A DNA stretch of 64,000 nt from a virus. Below, piece by piece: positions 30,114 through 40,212 of this stretch. Made by a program: the position numbers and the translations under genes. The stretch spans positions 41,299 through 105,298 of the IMG/VR virus record IMGVR_UViG_3300037258_000375. One strand, given 5' to 3'. The number at the start of each line of letters is the position of its first letter. Within the stretch, counting starts at the first letter, position 1. The notes beneath the pieces are model-generated. The model was not told the origin of the DNA, made no database searches, and saw nothing but the letters and a program-made list of their open reading frames with translations.

Positions 30114-31178
30114 TTACGGGACGGGCACTTGCGCTGTGATCTGCACCAGCTTCGGTTTCTTCGAGTACGGGCAGATGTCGAACCAGCCGCACCACTTCTG
30201 CGAGCATCCCCACCAACTCTGGTTCGCAGGAACAAATACCCCGGTCTTCATTGCGTGAATCAGATTGGTGAAGCGATTGAGAAACACATTCACGTCGTCC
30301 AAATCCCGGTGAGTTGCCGTGGGGACATACTTCACGGTCGGCTTCGCCGCATTCGTGCGTATGAGGTAATCGAGAACCAGCTTGTCGGGGAGCTTACCGT
30401 CAACAACGTAGCTGGCAGTCGCATAGGCCGTGAGTTGTTCCGACTCGTCGGCGGCTCCAGCCCTCGTGCCACCGTCCATAAACGAAGGGGTAGGAGATTT
30501 CGAGGAAGTCTTTGTGTCGCGGATCACCAGAGTCTGGCCGATGATCTCTTGAATATCTTGCTCTCCCACGAAGTCGATGCCGGTGCGCGCCACTGCGTTC
30601 AATGCGGTCGCTTGGCCATGCAGGAGCTTCGTGCTGAATTTATCTCCGGACTCATCTCCGGCCTTGTGAAGCTCCTTGGCCCTGCCGCGCAGGAATGCAT
30701 CCATGTTGATCGAGAACTTGCGGCGTGTACGCACAGCCTGGATGTTCGGGGCAGCCTCGTCATGGTGAAGACCGGAGAGGCAGACAGCCTTGTCTTTGGC
30801 GTCGCCGAGAACGTCCTTCAGAGACTTGCCCTCGGCCTTTTCGTCAGCATCGAGTTCGATAGGCTCGTTCTTCTGCTCTTCCTCGAACTTGGTTGCTGAA
30901 ATATCGAGCACATCTTTGCGAGCCAAAAGCTCGCCAGTCTCGATCTTGTGGTCGAGATCGCGAGTCACAGATTCATCGGTGGACTTGCCGACCAGGAGAA
31001 AAGCGTTCGGTGGGCGTTTGATGCCCAGCAGGTACCGGAAAATATAGCGCTGACCGCAATCGTTGGCCATATTGACACCGGAAACGTGAATCTGTTGACG
31101 CTGTTTGCTCTTGGAGATGAGGTCCCGCATATCAGGGACGATGGGATCGTGCGGCATTGGTGGGGCTCCATTTGGCAC
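30114..31178 (-). CDS. PD-(D/E)XK Cas4/RecB-like exonuclease
   Basis: S......CG..Y.F.Y, D..TKT, QL..Y, C...WC.W...CP; near bet. Confidence 0.85.
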   Translation of the reverse strand: MPNGAPPMPHDPIVPDMRDLISKSKQRQQIHVSGVNMANDCGQRYIFRYLLGIKRPPNAFLLVGKSTDESVTRDLDHKIETGELLARKDVLDISATKFEEEQKNEPIELDADEKAEGKSLKDVLGDAKDKAVCLSGLHHDEAAPNIQAVRTRRKFSINMDAFLRGRAKELHKAGDESGDKFSTKLLHGQATALNAVARTGIDFVGEQDIQEIIGQTLVIRDTKTSSKSPTPSFMDGGTRAGAADESEQLTAYATASYVVDGKLPDKLVLDYLIRTNAAKPTVKYVPTATHRDLDDVNVFLNRFTNLIHAMKTGVFVPANQSWWGCSQKWCGWFDICPYSKKPKLVQITAQVPVP

Positions 31179-31213
31179 TGGACTAGCAGCGACTTTCCGC
31201 CTATCATACGCTC

Positions 31214-31426
31214 ATGAAGGCCGCAAATAAAGCAGCAAAACCAGCAGAAAAACTGACGAAGGCTGATCCGGATTTTTACCGCAAAATTGCCAAGATCGCT
31301 GGCCGTAAACTTAAACGCAAAAGAGGTAACAAGTATTTCTCGGAACTAGCCAAAAAGAGCCATCCACGAAAGGTCTACAACGGCGGTCGCCCCAAAAAGA
31401 AATCTGCTAGTAAGACGAAGCCTTAA
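31214..31426 (+). CDS. small basic protein, leaderless
   Basis: TATCAT -10 six nt before ATG; K/R-rich. Confidence 0.6.
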   Translation: MKAANKAAKPAEKLTKADPDFYRKIAKIAGRKLKRKRGNKYFSELAKKSHPRKVYNGGRPKKKSASKTKP

Positions 31427-32019
31427 TCAATCGTCATTGCCAACTTTTGTACGGACATATCCATCGATCCAAAACTAGCTCTGCGCGCCAAAAAGTTGAT
31501 AACTGCTTTGGTCTTTTTCTCTAGGTTGCCCTCAGTCGAATCGATGACCTTCTTCAACTCTTCCTTCGCTAACCAGAATCCAGGAAGGAACCAGATTTCC
31601 CAAAATCTCCCATCTGTGCCGCGCTTAGATCGTAGACAGTGAAACCCCCACCTTGTCAATTTTTCCGCTTCACTCTTGTATCTGAGCGGGGTATAGTCAT
31701 AGCCGCACAAGTGCTGGATAGATATGCTCGGCTCATGCCAATTCGGTAAAGGCTCGAAATCATCGAGCTTGAGTGCGGTTTGCGCTTCCTGATGTTTACG
31801 CCAGAACGGCTCCATGCCCTCGTCTGTTACCGGAGGTGGAGGTGTAAGTTTATTCGATTTAACCAGCCGTCCATTTTGGCTTACAGTCACCCATCCTGTT
31901 CCGTTCGAGGCGGACTCCATCATGGTGACCTCGGCTGGCGTCAAGCCAGTGAACTCCGCTTTGCCAGCCCCATAGCTAGATAGTCTGACACGCTCTTCTT
32001 TTTTGTCTTCCAGGCTCAT
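31423..32019 (-). CDS. hypothetical protein
   Basis: GGAG RBS before MSLEDK. Confidence 0.55.
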   Translation of the reverse strand: MSLEDKKEERVRLSSYGAGKAEFTGLTPAEVTMMESASNGTGWVTVSQNGRLVKSNKLTPPPPVTDEGMEPFWRKHQEAQTALKLDDFEPLPNWHEPSISIQHLCGYDYTPLRYKSEAEKLTRWGFHCLRSKRGTDGRFWEIWFLPGFWLAKEELKKVIDSTEGNLEKKTKAVINFLARRASFGSMDMSVQKLAMTID

Positions 32020-32081
32020 TCTGTCTCCCCGACACGAACACTTAGCAAATAAACACACTGCAAATTTTGAGCACTTCCTTG

Positions 32082-32519
32082 TCACTTCTCTGGCTGGATT
32101 CTGAATTTCACTCCACGGTCATGAAGCTCTTTCTTCGACAGGTAATCGCATACATCGTTCTCGTCACGAGGTACCCAGGTGAGTTGCGCCCTGTGCTTGA
32201 GCTTAGCCCACAGCGTTCGCGCCTTCTCGTAAAACGGTAGATATAGGCCACCGTTCACGTTCCATGTGCCGTTTATCTGGTTGATGACGAGCTTCGAGTC
32301 CCCGCGTATGATCGCTACACCTGGATGCTTGAGTATCTCCGTCGCCACGGCGATGAAAGCTGAGTATTCGCTGACGTTATTTGAGATATGCTTACCGTGA
32401 CCGATGTACCCACCTTTCTCAAAAACCGTTACGCCATCTACGCGAACGACTCCTCCCCATGCGCCATGCCCCCCTGGATTGACCGGCTCCGCGACGCCAT
32501 CGAACCAAGCTTCAATCAT
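32082..32519 (-). CDS. rnhA: ribonuclease HI
   Basis: WFDG...NPG, SNNVSEY, GDSKLVINQ, WVPR..N..CD.L. Confidence 0.9.
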   Translation of the reverse strand: MIEAWFDGVAEPVNPGGHGAWGGVVRVDGVTVFEKGGYIGHGKHISNNVSEYSAFIAVATEILKHPGVAIIRGDSKLVINQINGTWNVNGGLYLPFYEKARTLWAKLKHRAQLTWVPRDENDVCDYLSKKELHDRGVKFRIQPEK

Positions 32520-32916
32520 GATCCTTTTGACCTCCGATCTCTTCGGCAACTGTGATGCAATGGTCTTCCTTGTTCGTATCGGCTCCCCAGGCCCCATCTC
32601 GAATTCTTTGCTCGATGCCTCGCTCCGCTCCGGTGAACCCGAACAGGCCAGCGATAGCACTCACGGCTATCGGGTTCGGATAGAGCGTTTCAGACGGAAT
32701 CGAAATGGAAAGGTGCCGAACGAGTTTGTCCGGGTACTCCTTCACTTTTGTGAACGTGAACACGCAGCGATAGGTATTTAACTGGGTGACGAAGTTTGGG
32801 TTGCCGCCAGGGATGGGATCGCCAGTATCCGGTTCGTAAATGTGACCTTGTGCATATTCCAACACCTTCTCAACTTTCGCAACCGCCTCATCGTCAATTA
32901 CTAAAACTCTCGCCAT
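32512..32916 (-). CDS. hypothetical protein
   Basis: RHLSIS motif; coupled ORF. Confidence 0.55.
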   Translation of the reverse strand: MARVLVIDDEAVAKVEKVLEYAQGHIYEPDTGDPIPGGNPNFVTQLNTYRCVFTFTKVKEYPDKLVRHLSISIPSETLYPNPIAVSAIAGLFGFTGAERGIEQRIRDGAWGADTNKEDHCITVAEEIGGQKDHD

Positions 32917-34026
32917 ACTGCCTCACTTTGTCTCGATGCTCGCCTTGAGTTTGTCGTACCGTTCTCTCCACGATAGATCGGCATCCACTTCCGAATAGAT
33001 CACGGTGGGGAGGAACGGCTCAACACCGGAGGCGCGCTCAACTATCGCTTCCGCCGCCTTGCCGACGCTGATCTCACCATCCGCGAGCAGTGTCATGATG
33101 TCGCGAAACTTCTCGTGTTTCAAGTCCTGGAAGACGTCGGAAGCGCAAACGTGTTTCCAGTTTTCGGACTCGCGCTGATAGAGCTTGCGAGCGTATTCGT
33201 CACGCTCCGTCTTCAGATTCGCAGCCATATCGGCAAATTTGGACGCAAACAACTTCGGCAAATATTGGCCGAGACTCTCCCGGTGACCATCTGGATGTTG
33301 GACCTGGGTTGTATCGAAGAAACAGACTACGTCGTCGTAGCTCATCAGATATGGAGCCTTCGGCTTGTCGCTCATGGCTTCTGTTCCTCCGGTTTTCCGA
33401 CGTTCGTCATCACCACGCCAGACGGCGGTTTCACTTCCACAAGACGCCTGCGCCAGACGAGCGTACCGGTGATCTTTTCGGCATCGCGAGACTCTTCTAC
33501 GAACTCCAGTTCCGGAGGATCGTCCGGAAGTCGGACATCGATATATTCCCCCGGTGTAACCAGCACGACCGTCCCCGGAGGCAGAGAAGCATTGGCGCGG
33601 AGTTTCGGGAAAGTCATGTGCTTTATCCCTCCGAATTCTTCTCTATCGAGCGAAGTGTCTCGCTCTCCTCATGCTCCAACTTACGACCGATCTGGAGTCC
33701 CCAATAGAAGAACTCAAATGGAATATTGAAAGCTTGCAGATTTCCAAGAATGATTTTTGCGAATGCCTCTTCCTTTTCCTTCTGACTCGTTCCCCGGTGG
33801 GCAGCCATCTCCGTCGCTATCGTTCGCCCGCTCAAGCCTACAGCAACCAGCATGAGCATCAAGAGTCCCGATACAGTCGAACTCTTCATCAGTTCACGCA
33901 CAATTTCTGGATACCCGTCTCCCGTAAGCAGTCCGAAATTATCTTGCGTAAACTGGTTGCTGGCCTTGATCTGCTCTTCGAGCATCGTGCGTATTTGCTG
34001 CATCTCCATCTTTCCTCCAAATCTGT

Positions 34027-34635
34027 TTACGGTTTTAGTTGCGGGGCTTCCGGCACTTTCGGCATGAGTTGGTCAGCGATGTATCGGCTCACCGATTCCT
34101 GAATCTGTGTTTTCGCTGTTGCCGCCACCTTGCCGACTTGTTCCTTGATGGCCGCGTTGAGTGGATCGATGGCGAGTAAACGCAGGAAGTAGACGGCGCG
34201 CGGTATGCTGTCGTTATAGTTGGCCTCGTTGCCGGAAGTGTTCACTTTCTGGCTGAGATACTCTCGAAACATCTGGCCAAACATCTCGACGACCGATATC
34301 TTTTCGCCGCTTCTCTGTCCATAGTTATTTGTTTTATAGAAATCTTTTTCAAAGAACTCAGCAGTGAGTTTCTGTGCGTGCTTTTCGAATTCTCCCCTAG
34401 CTGCGGCTAAGACCGTTTCTTCGACGCGCTTCTGAATCACTTTTTCTAGCGAAGAACTGATTTGCCGACTCAGATTATTGGCAATCAAATCTTCAAGCTT
34501 GCCTCCGCTCAAGTATTTGTCGAGTTGAAGTGTGATGGTGATCGTTCCGGTTGGCAACTCGGTCGGCGGCTGTGTGCCCGCATCGAGTTCAGTCCCTTCG
34601 TCTTCATCTTCCTGGTATGACATTCTTTCCTCCAT
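34027..34635 (-). CDS. hypothetical protein
   Basis: long ORF behind TATTCT -10 element. Confidence 0.55.
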   Translation of the reverse strand: MEERMSYQEDEDEGTELDAGTQPPTELPTGTITITLQLDKYLSGGKLEDLIANNLSRQISSSLEKVIQKRVEETVLAAARGEFEKHAQKLTAEFFEKDFYKTNNYGQRSGEKISVVEMFGQMFREYLSQKVNTSGNEANYNDSIPRAVYFLRLLAIDPLNAAIKEQVGKVAATAKTQIQESVSRYIADQLMPKVPEAPQLKP

Positions 34636-34675
34636 GCGCGCAAGAATACCATACTCTGCGCTCCATGCGCGCAGT

Positions 34676-35329
34676 TTATTTCGGTCTCATCCACTCTGCC
34701 AAACGAACCCGCAGCAACCGCCAAATGCTCATCGATTTGATACGCTCATCTAACTCTTGAACAACCGCTTCACGGAATTTATGCTCCTCGCGAAGTTGCG
34801 CGAGTTGCTCAGCTACATCCTTCAGTTTGATCCGTTCGGCGTTGAGTGCGGAGAGAGCTTGATCGCGCTGCTCCAGCAGCACATCTTCTCGTGAGCGCTT
34901 CACGGAGGGAATGTAGGTGCCAGCCATGATCTGCTTCTTCTCATCACCTGTGAGCGCGACATGTCCATTTGCCTTAGATTTTTTGGTGTAACCACGTGGG
35001 AAGTAGTCGCCAAGAAGTGAGCCTTCCGGGAGCCCGCGCATGTCCTCGTGCGCGCGCCGGTTATTGCAGAGACGGCAGGCGCAGACGAGATTGCTGTCAT
35101 CGTTGGTCCCGCCTCTGTGCCGAGGCACGACGTGATCGATGGTCGCTAAATCCCACGCTTCGAGGTTGAAGGTTCCATCAGGCTTCGGTATACGCAGATG
35201 CGTCGGGCTCTTGCACCAGAAGCAGACATGTCCGCCCTTCTCCCACAGCACGGCGCGGCGCGGCAATGCCCCTGCTTCTAGCAGCCACGATATGGCCGGA
35301 GGTTTGATCTGGTCGGCAGAATCTACCAC
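34676..35329 (-). CDS. HNH endonuclease with coiled-coil tail
   Basis: CFWC, ATIDHVVPR..GG....NLV.AC..CN..R. Confidence 0.85.
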   Translation of the reverse strand: MVDSADQIKPPAISWLLEAGALPRRAVLWEKGGHVCFWCKSPTHLRIPKPDGTFNLEAWDLATIDHVVPRHRGGTNDDSNLVCACRLCNNRRAHEDMRGLPEGSLLGDYFPRGYTKKSKANGHVALTGDEKKQIMAGTYIPSVKRSREDVLLEQRDQALSALNAERIKLKDVAEQLAQLREEHKFREAVVQELDERIKSMSIWRLLRVRLAEWMRPK

Positions 35330-35919
35330 GAGTCTCCCACACGTTCGGGGCCATCGAGGATGATACTTTCGTGGACAGTGGTTTTAGGGAAGCGTATGTT
35401 GACTTGATCGACGAACCAGCGGATCATTTCACGGCCCTTGGAGGGCGTGCAGGAATCGATGATGGAGAACAAGAGAAGTAAGTCTTTGTCCTCGACAGCG
35501 TCAAGGCCCTGCATGAGCTTGGCTTCGTCGAGCTTGCCGGTCTGCTGGAACTTGCGGTACACGGCATATCCTAAATCGTGGTACTGGACGATGTTGAGTA
35601 AGTCCGGATCGTCGAGGAACTCAGCAAGGAACGCGCGAGCGAGCGAAGCATGACTCTTGGGATCAAGGATCGCACTGCCATGCTTCGCGACCGCTTTGAA
35701 GGAGTCATGCACGTGAATCAAGATCATCAACTTCCAGCGCTCGTCGTCGCTGACTCGCCACTTCCCATCGATGGCGCGAAGGTTCGCTTCGAGGTCGGCG
35801 ATGTGCGCCTTGATCGTTCCTTCCGCATGGCCACGGCGCGGCTTTCCGTACTCGATGTTTAACTTGTAGCGCGCATCGGCAGTGATTCGCTGAAAGATTT
35901 CAAGATAATTTGCGCCCAT
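35323..35919 (-). CDS. HD-domain phosphohydrolase, leaderless
   Basis: H.EG....H, IHVHDSFK, H, YHD, D; TATACT six nt before ATG. Confidence 0.75.
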   Translation of the reverse strand: MGANYLEIFQRITADARYKLNIEYGKPRRGHAEGTIKAHIADLEANLRAIDGKWRVSDDERWKLMILIHVHDSFKAVAKHGSAILDPKSHASLARAFLAEFLDDPDLLNIVQYHDLGYAVYRKFQQTGKLDEAKLMQGLDAVEDKDLLLLFSIIDSCTPSKGREMIRWFVDQVNIRFPKTTVHESIILDGPERVGDSW

Positions 35920-36137
35920 GGAGAAAGTATATCCCGAAGCGCGCAATTTTTAAACGGAAGATTCCTCTCCCGCTTGTTGCGGCCAGCCGGACATAGATAG
36001 GACAGGGTGGTTTGCTAGATGGGTTACTTTTGGGTAGGATGGTGTTACGCAGACATTCGCAGGAACTGGCCAATTAGGAATCACTATATACAAAAGGCTG
36101 GCATCGCGCCAGCCCTTTGTGGGGATGCCTTGAAAAG

Positions 36138-36635
36138 TTAGGGCGTCGGTGTGGAGAACTCCACCGCGACCGACTGGGTAAGTTGGGTTGGCGGAGGCGG
36201 AGTAACGGCGCTGGTTGTGATCGTAAACGCCTGGGTCCACGTCGAGACAGCGCCATCGGTATCGGTCACGGTGCAAGACGCCGCTCCGCTTACCGCGCCG
36301 GACGACGCAGCCACGCCGGTACAAGTAGCCGTGACCCCATCGGAGTTCAAGGTGACAGTGGCGGATGGGTCGTTAAACGAATAGCTGACATTCGAGAGGG
36401 TGCCTCCCGAGTTGGTGACGCCATCGGCCTCAAGAGGGACGATGGACGCCTGCGAAGTCTGGCCTACGTTAAAGACCAGGGCATTGTTCGGCATGGGGGA
36501 TTCTCCTGTGAAGCGAATTGTGATGCTTTTAGTGAGGGTTCGGGAGCGAAGCTCGTTCTTGATCTCGCGAAGATCGTGCGCGATCTCTTTGAGGAGACCA
36601 ACTATTTCGTGATCGTGGTCATGGAACAAACTCAT
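36138..36635 (-). CDS. Ig-like domain protein
   Basis: T/S/V-rich beta-sandwich-like sequence. Confidence 0.55.
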   Translation of the reverse strand: MSLFHDHDHEIVGLLKEIAHDLREIKNELRSRTLTKSITIRFTGESPMPNNALVFNVGQTSQASIVPLEADGVTNSGGTLSNVSYSFNDPSATVTLNSDGVTATCTGVAASSGAVSGAASCTVTDTDGAVSTWTQAFTITTSAVTPPPPTQLTQSVAVEFSTPTP

Positions 36636-36968
36636 GGCACCATCCTACACCGGATTGCAATGGGCCTGGATTGTAAATTTTTGACTAGAACCGGGGGCGT
36701 TGATTGAGGGGCGGGACACATGGCGAGGGAACGATCCGGAGACCCGGATTCAGCGAATGCTTTAGGATGAGCGTCCGGAATCCGGACTTGATCCAGTCGG
36801 CTCGGCGCGCCTCGGCTGTCCGCCGCAGCATGAATCCCTGATCCACCCAGTGAGCGCCGCTCTTCTCTTCGACAAGTAGACGCACCAGGGCGATCCGGCT
36901 GAATGGAGACTTCTTGACGATGTCAGCGATGGATGCGCGGTAGATGAGCATGGGAAGCATCATGTTTA

Positions 36969-37044
36969 TGGAGCGGGCGGCGGGACTCGAACCCGCGATC
37001 AACTGCTTGGAAGGCAGAGGTCTTAGCCGCTAGACGACACCCGC
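36969..37044 (-). tRNA. tRNA-Gly(UCC)
   Basis: cloverleaf; loop CUUCCAA; encoded CCA. Confidence 0.92.
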
Positions 37045-37565
37045 TAAAGTTTCAACCTTTCGATCTCCTGCTCTACGAACCCGCGCGTGATGGGATGGAG
37101 GATTATCCGGTCACGTCGTTCTTTGTACCAACCGCTCACATCCCACACGCCGCGAATGGCCCGTCCCGCTCCCGCCCAGTCGGCGATCATCTCGCGAACG
37201 TATTTGACCGGCATCGGCAGCGCTGCCGTATTGTCATCTGTGTTCGACGCTGGATCGTCAAGCAGAACCCAGTATTGCCAGTGATGCTTGTTCCAGTGAA
37301 TGTGATGGAGCCACGCTGTCTGGAACTCCGACGCAACACTTTCTTTCGTCCGACCGCAGTAGCCAGAGCATTGAATCTTCGCCGCGTCCCACTCTGGATA
37401 ATCACCGTAAAAGTAGCGCAGATAGGGGAACCATTCGCACGGCAGCAACTTGCTCCAATCGTGAATCACCAGCCGCCACAGCGAAGCTTTGGTTCTGAGC
37501 CCAGCTTGAAAGACAAACAGCTTGTGGCGGAACAGGTACCGAACGTACTGCAAGTTCTTCGTCAT
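37044..37565 (-). CDS. DUF5662-like HD-fold protein
   Basis: RHK..V, HDWSK, AWLHH...NKHHWQYW, MP..Y..EMIADW. Confidence 0.8.
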   Translation of the reverse strand: MTKNLQYVRYLFRHKLFVFQAGLRTKASLWRLVIHDWSKLLPCEWFPYLRYFYGDYPEWDAAKIQCSGYCGRTKESVASEFQTAWLHHIHWNKHHWQYWVLLDDPASNTDDNTAALPMPVKYVREMIADWAGAGRAIRGVWDVSGWYKERRDRIILHPITRGFVEQEIERLKL

Positions 37566-37891
37566 GCGAAAATTTTAGCGCCAAATTCCTTAGTTACCGG
37601 CGAAATTTTAGTAACGTTTCTGGAAAACTCGATGTTGCCCTTGCATCCGCTTGCGTTCTTTATTGCGCCATTTCTCGGTCGGCATCTTGTTAAGCCTCAG
37701 CGAGAGGTGTTCCGGATTGAACTTACTTCTGCGGATTTTGCGCAAGTTGAATTCGTGACGAGTGCAGAACGTGAGGCGATTCCCTTTTCCGTCATGTCCA
37801 AGAAGCGAGCAGTCTGGATAAAAACACCCACAATCGCTTGCTTGTTGATTTTCGAAATACGGTCCTTTTTTCATGTCCGCAATTATAGACT

Positions 37892-37968
37892 TGGTGGCGA
37901 TGGGAAGCATCGAACTTCCGACCTCACCCTTATCAGGGGTGCGCTCTGTCCAACTGAGCTACATCGCC
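37892..37968 (-). tRNA. tRNA-Ile(GAU)
   Basis: cloverleaf; loop CUGAUAA; CCA. Confidence 0.93.
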
Positions 37969-37972
37969 AAAA

Positions 37973-38048
37973 TGGGGCCGGGAACCGGGATCGAACCGGT
38001 GACCTCTCCCTTACCAAGGGAGTGCTCTGCCAACTGAGCTATCTCGGC
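37973..38048 (-). tRNA. tRNA-Thr(GGU)
   Basis: loop UUGGUAA; CCA. Confidence 0.92.
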
Positions 38049-38108
38049 AAACGTCAGTGAACTTTCGAAACGTCATACAAACGTCAGTGAAAAGTCATTG
38101 ACAGAAGT

Positions 38109-38184
38109 TGGTGCGGAGTGAGGGACTCGAACCCCCGGCGACCTGCTTGTAGGGCAGACGATCTAGCCGCTGATCTAACTCCGC
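38109..38184 (-). tRNA. tRNA-Val(UAC), C33 variant
   Basis: loop CCUACAA; CCA. Confidence 0.82.
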
Positions 38185-38189
38185 AAAAC

Positions 38190-38266
38190 TGGTGCGCGTG
38201 GACGGAATCGAACCGCCGACCTCAAGTTTCGGAAACTTGCGCTCTCTCCAACTGAGCTACACGCGC
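38190..38266 (-). tRNA. tRNA-Arg(CCG)
   Basis: loop UUCCGAA; CCA. Confidence 0.92.
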
Positions 38267-38478
38267 ATTTGACTTCCAACCCATTAAACATGGAAAACAT
38301 GTTCTCTTCCATGCCACTTCGCTGCGATTAAAACATGGCTCGACGTCTCCACATATCTTGCACCGCACGTTAATCAGGAGATTGGATGCATCAGCATTCG
38401 CAAGGTCCACTTCTTCATCCGTCAGTGGATCGCTCAATGACGACGCTCGAATCACAATCTCCTCCGACAAACCCGGTG

Positions 38479-38580
38479 CCGACCCGAAGATCGGGAAGGA
38501 GTCGAACCTTCCACCTCGTCCACGATTCTCCGCGTCGGAGATTCCCGCCGAGGACCCGACCCTCGGATGTGCGACGTGGT
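38479..38580 (-). ncRNA. unknown structured RNA with T-loop and UUCG hairpins
   Basis: GGAAGG-UUCGACU-CCUUCC, GAUC-UUCG-GGUC, CCACG/CGUGG, CCGAGG/CCUCGG. Confidence 0.5.
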
Positions 38581-38586
38581 GCAAAC

Positions 38587-38663
38587 TGGTGACCCCGGCG
38601 TGAGTCGAACACGCGACCTGTCGTTTAGGAAACGACCGCTCTATCCGTCTGAGCTACGGGGTC
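38587..38663 (-). tRNA. tRNA-Arg(CCU)
   Basis: loop UUCCUAA; CCA. Confidence 0.92.
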
Positions 38664-38922
38664 GTGACTTACTGGACACTTATCATTCGGCGCAGGCATC
38701 CAACAAGTACACTGTGGGTCGATGAATGTCTCCAGCACCCGATCACACTCTGCGTAGTCGCTGCCCACTGCCTGGAACATGCATTTCTGAAGTGCTTCGA
38801 AAGCTCTCACTCTGGACGCAACGCGTGTCTTAATAAACACCGTTTTTCCGTCGCGTTCGTGCGTGCCGCGTTCCAATGCTTCTTCTGCCCAGGTTCTCAT
38901 GGCGACCATCATACATCTAAAC

Positions 38923-38999
38923 TGGTGCTGGCGACTGGAGTCGAACCAGTGGCCTCAAGCTTAGAAGGCAAGTGCTCTATCCGTCTGAGCTACGCCAGC
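38923..38999 (-). tRNA. tRNA-Arg(UCU)
   Basis: loop CUUCUAA; imperfect anticodon stem; CCA. Confidence 0.85.
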
Positions 39000-39004
39000 A
39001 AAAT

Positions 39005-39079
39005 TGGTGGGACCGGTCAGAGTCGAACTGACATTTCAACGCTTAAAAGGCGTGGCCTCTACCATTGAGTTACGATCCC
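39005..39079 (-). tRNA. tRNA-Lys(UUU)
   Basis: loop CUUUUAA; CCA. Confidence 0.9.
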
Positions 39080-39480
39080 AATTTCCTTTTCCTTTTCCAC
39101 TCGTTGACGTATCCGTTGTGCGCCTTCTTACATAAATCACATCGGCAATACCGATAGGAAGAAATCGTGCCGTGCGTACCTTTTGCCTTGGTGAAGCCCA
39201 GGTCCACGATACTCTTATCCTGGTGGCACGGCCTGCAAAGCAATTGGCATTTCGCAACTTCCTCCCAAAAACGCCGGTCGCTATACGACCATATCCTGGC
39301 GATATCGGCGATCTTGGATGTTCGGGCTTTATGATCGAACTCAAGTTGTTTTTTACTGCCGCACCTGACGCACTTGCCGCCGAGTTTTCGAATTGCCGCC
39401 TTGCGCCTGCGGTGATATCTTTCCTTGATATACACGCGCATGTACGCATTGTATTCGGCTTTGTTTTTCCCGACTGGCAT
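39070..39480 (-). CDS. HNH endonuclease inside tRNA cluster, leaderless
   Basis: LGGKCVRCG...LEFDH...KCQLLC..CH; TATGCT six nt before ATG. Confidence 0.85.
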   Translation of the reverse strand: MPVGKNKAEYNAYMRVYIKERYHRRRKAAIRKLGGKCVRCGSKKQLEFDHKARTSKIADIARIWSYSDRRFWEEVAKCQLLCRPCHQDKSIVDLGFTKAKGTHGTISSYRYCRCDLCKKAHNGYVNEWKRKRKLGS

Positions 39481-39505
39481 GGATTAAGCATACCATGCTT
39501 CAACT

Positions 39506-39581
39506 TGGTGGGCGCGGAGGGCATCGAACCCCCGACCTTATGGTTAAGAGCCATCTGCTCTCCCAACTGAGCTACGCGCCC
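39506..39581 (-). tRNA. tRNA-Lys(CUU)
   Basis: loop CUCUUAA; CCA. Confidence 0.93.
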
Positions 39582-39585
39582 AAAC

Positions 39586-39777
39586 TTACCGGATCGGACG
39601 TACCAACGGACCGCCCGTCAACAAACCGAATGCACTTAGAAGCCACAGCACCACTGCGACGAGAACCACGATGTTCAAGATAGTCTTGATCTTCGGGTCC
39701 ATCGGAATGAACTGGTTTATCAACCACAAAAGCAAACCAACGACCACCAAGGTGACGATCAATCCAATCAATGTCAT
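39586..39777 (-). CDS. small two-TM membrane protein (Thivi_2564-like)
   Basis: LIVTLVVVGLLLWLIN.IPM...IK.ILN.VV; AGGAGG RBS. Confidence 0.8.
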   Translation of the reverse strand: MTLIGLIVTLVVVGLLLWLINQFIPMDPKIKTILNIVVLVAVVLWLLSAFGLLTGGPLVRPIR

Positions 39778-39808
39778 GAAGTTCCTCCTGCTGATTGGAT
39801 GCAACCTT

Positions 39809-39886
39809 TGGTGGGGCTGGTGACGACTCGAACCCACAACCGGAGAATTATGAGTTCTCTGCTCTGCCGACAAATCTTACAGCCCA
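39809..39886 (-). tRNA. tRNA-Ile2/Met(CAU), degenerate D/T arms
   Basis: loop CUCAUAA; CCA; mismatched T stem. Confidence 0.65.
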
Positions 39887-39888
39887 TT

Positions 39889-39965
39889 TGGTAGACGTGC
39901 GGAGCATCGAACTCCGAACCTTGCTCTTATAAGGAGCATGCTCTAGCCGATTGAGCTACACGTCT
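39889..39965 (-). tRNA. tRNA-Ile(UAU)
   Basis: UGCUC-CUUAUAA-GAGCA; canonical arms; CCA. Confidence 0.9.
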
Positions 39966-39976
39966 ATAAAACTTGT

Positions 39977-40136
39977 TTCACAGCGGGATGGCGTTGCGCC
40001 ATCGGAGTAGACAAACTCCGCTGTGAACTTTTTCGTAGTGGCCCACTGCAACGGCTAACCTTTCGGTGAGTTCTGCACGTCTCGGTAGTCTTAGCTTTCC
40101 GATACCGCCAGTGAATTATGCGCCGCCGCTACGAAA
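39977..40136 (-). ncRNA. two unknown structured RNAs (39977-40027 and 40031-40136)
   Basis: closing stems UUCACAGC/GCUGUGAA and UUUCGUAGCGGC/GCCACUACGAAA; internal hairpins. Confidence 0.55.
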
Positions 40137-40138
40137 CT

Positions 40139-40207
40139 TGGTGGCACGCCCGGAGTCGAACCGGATTACGTCCTTATGAGAGACGCTTCCCGCCTTGGGT
40201 ACGTGCC
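40139..40207 (-). tRNA. short tRNA-Met(CAU)
   Basis: loop CUCAUAA; T arm; CCA; reduced D arm. Confidence 0.65.
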
Positions 40208-40212
40208 AAATC

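Noticed and set aside
30114-31178. CRISPR-associated Cas4
   Set aside because: Stand-alone nuclease near bet; typical phage recombination exonuclease.
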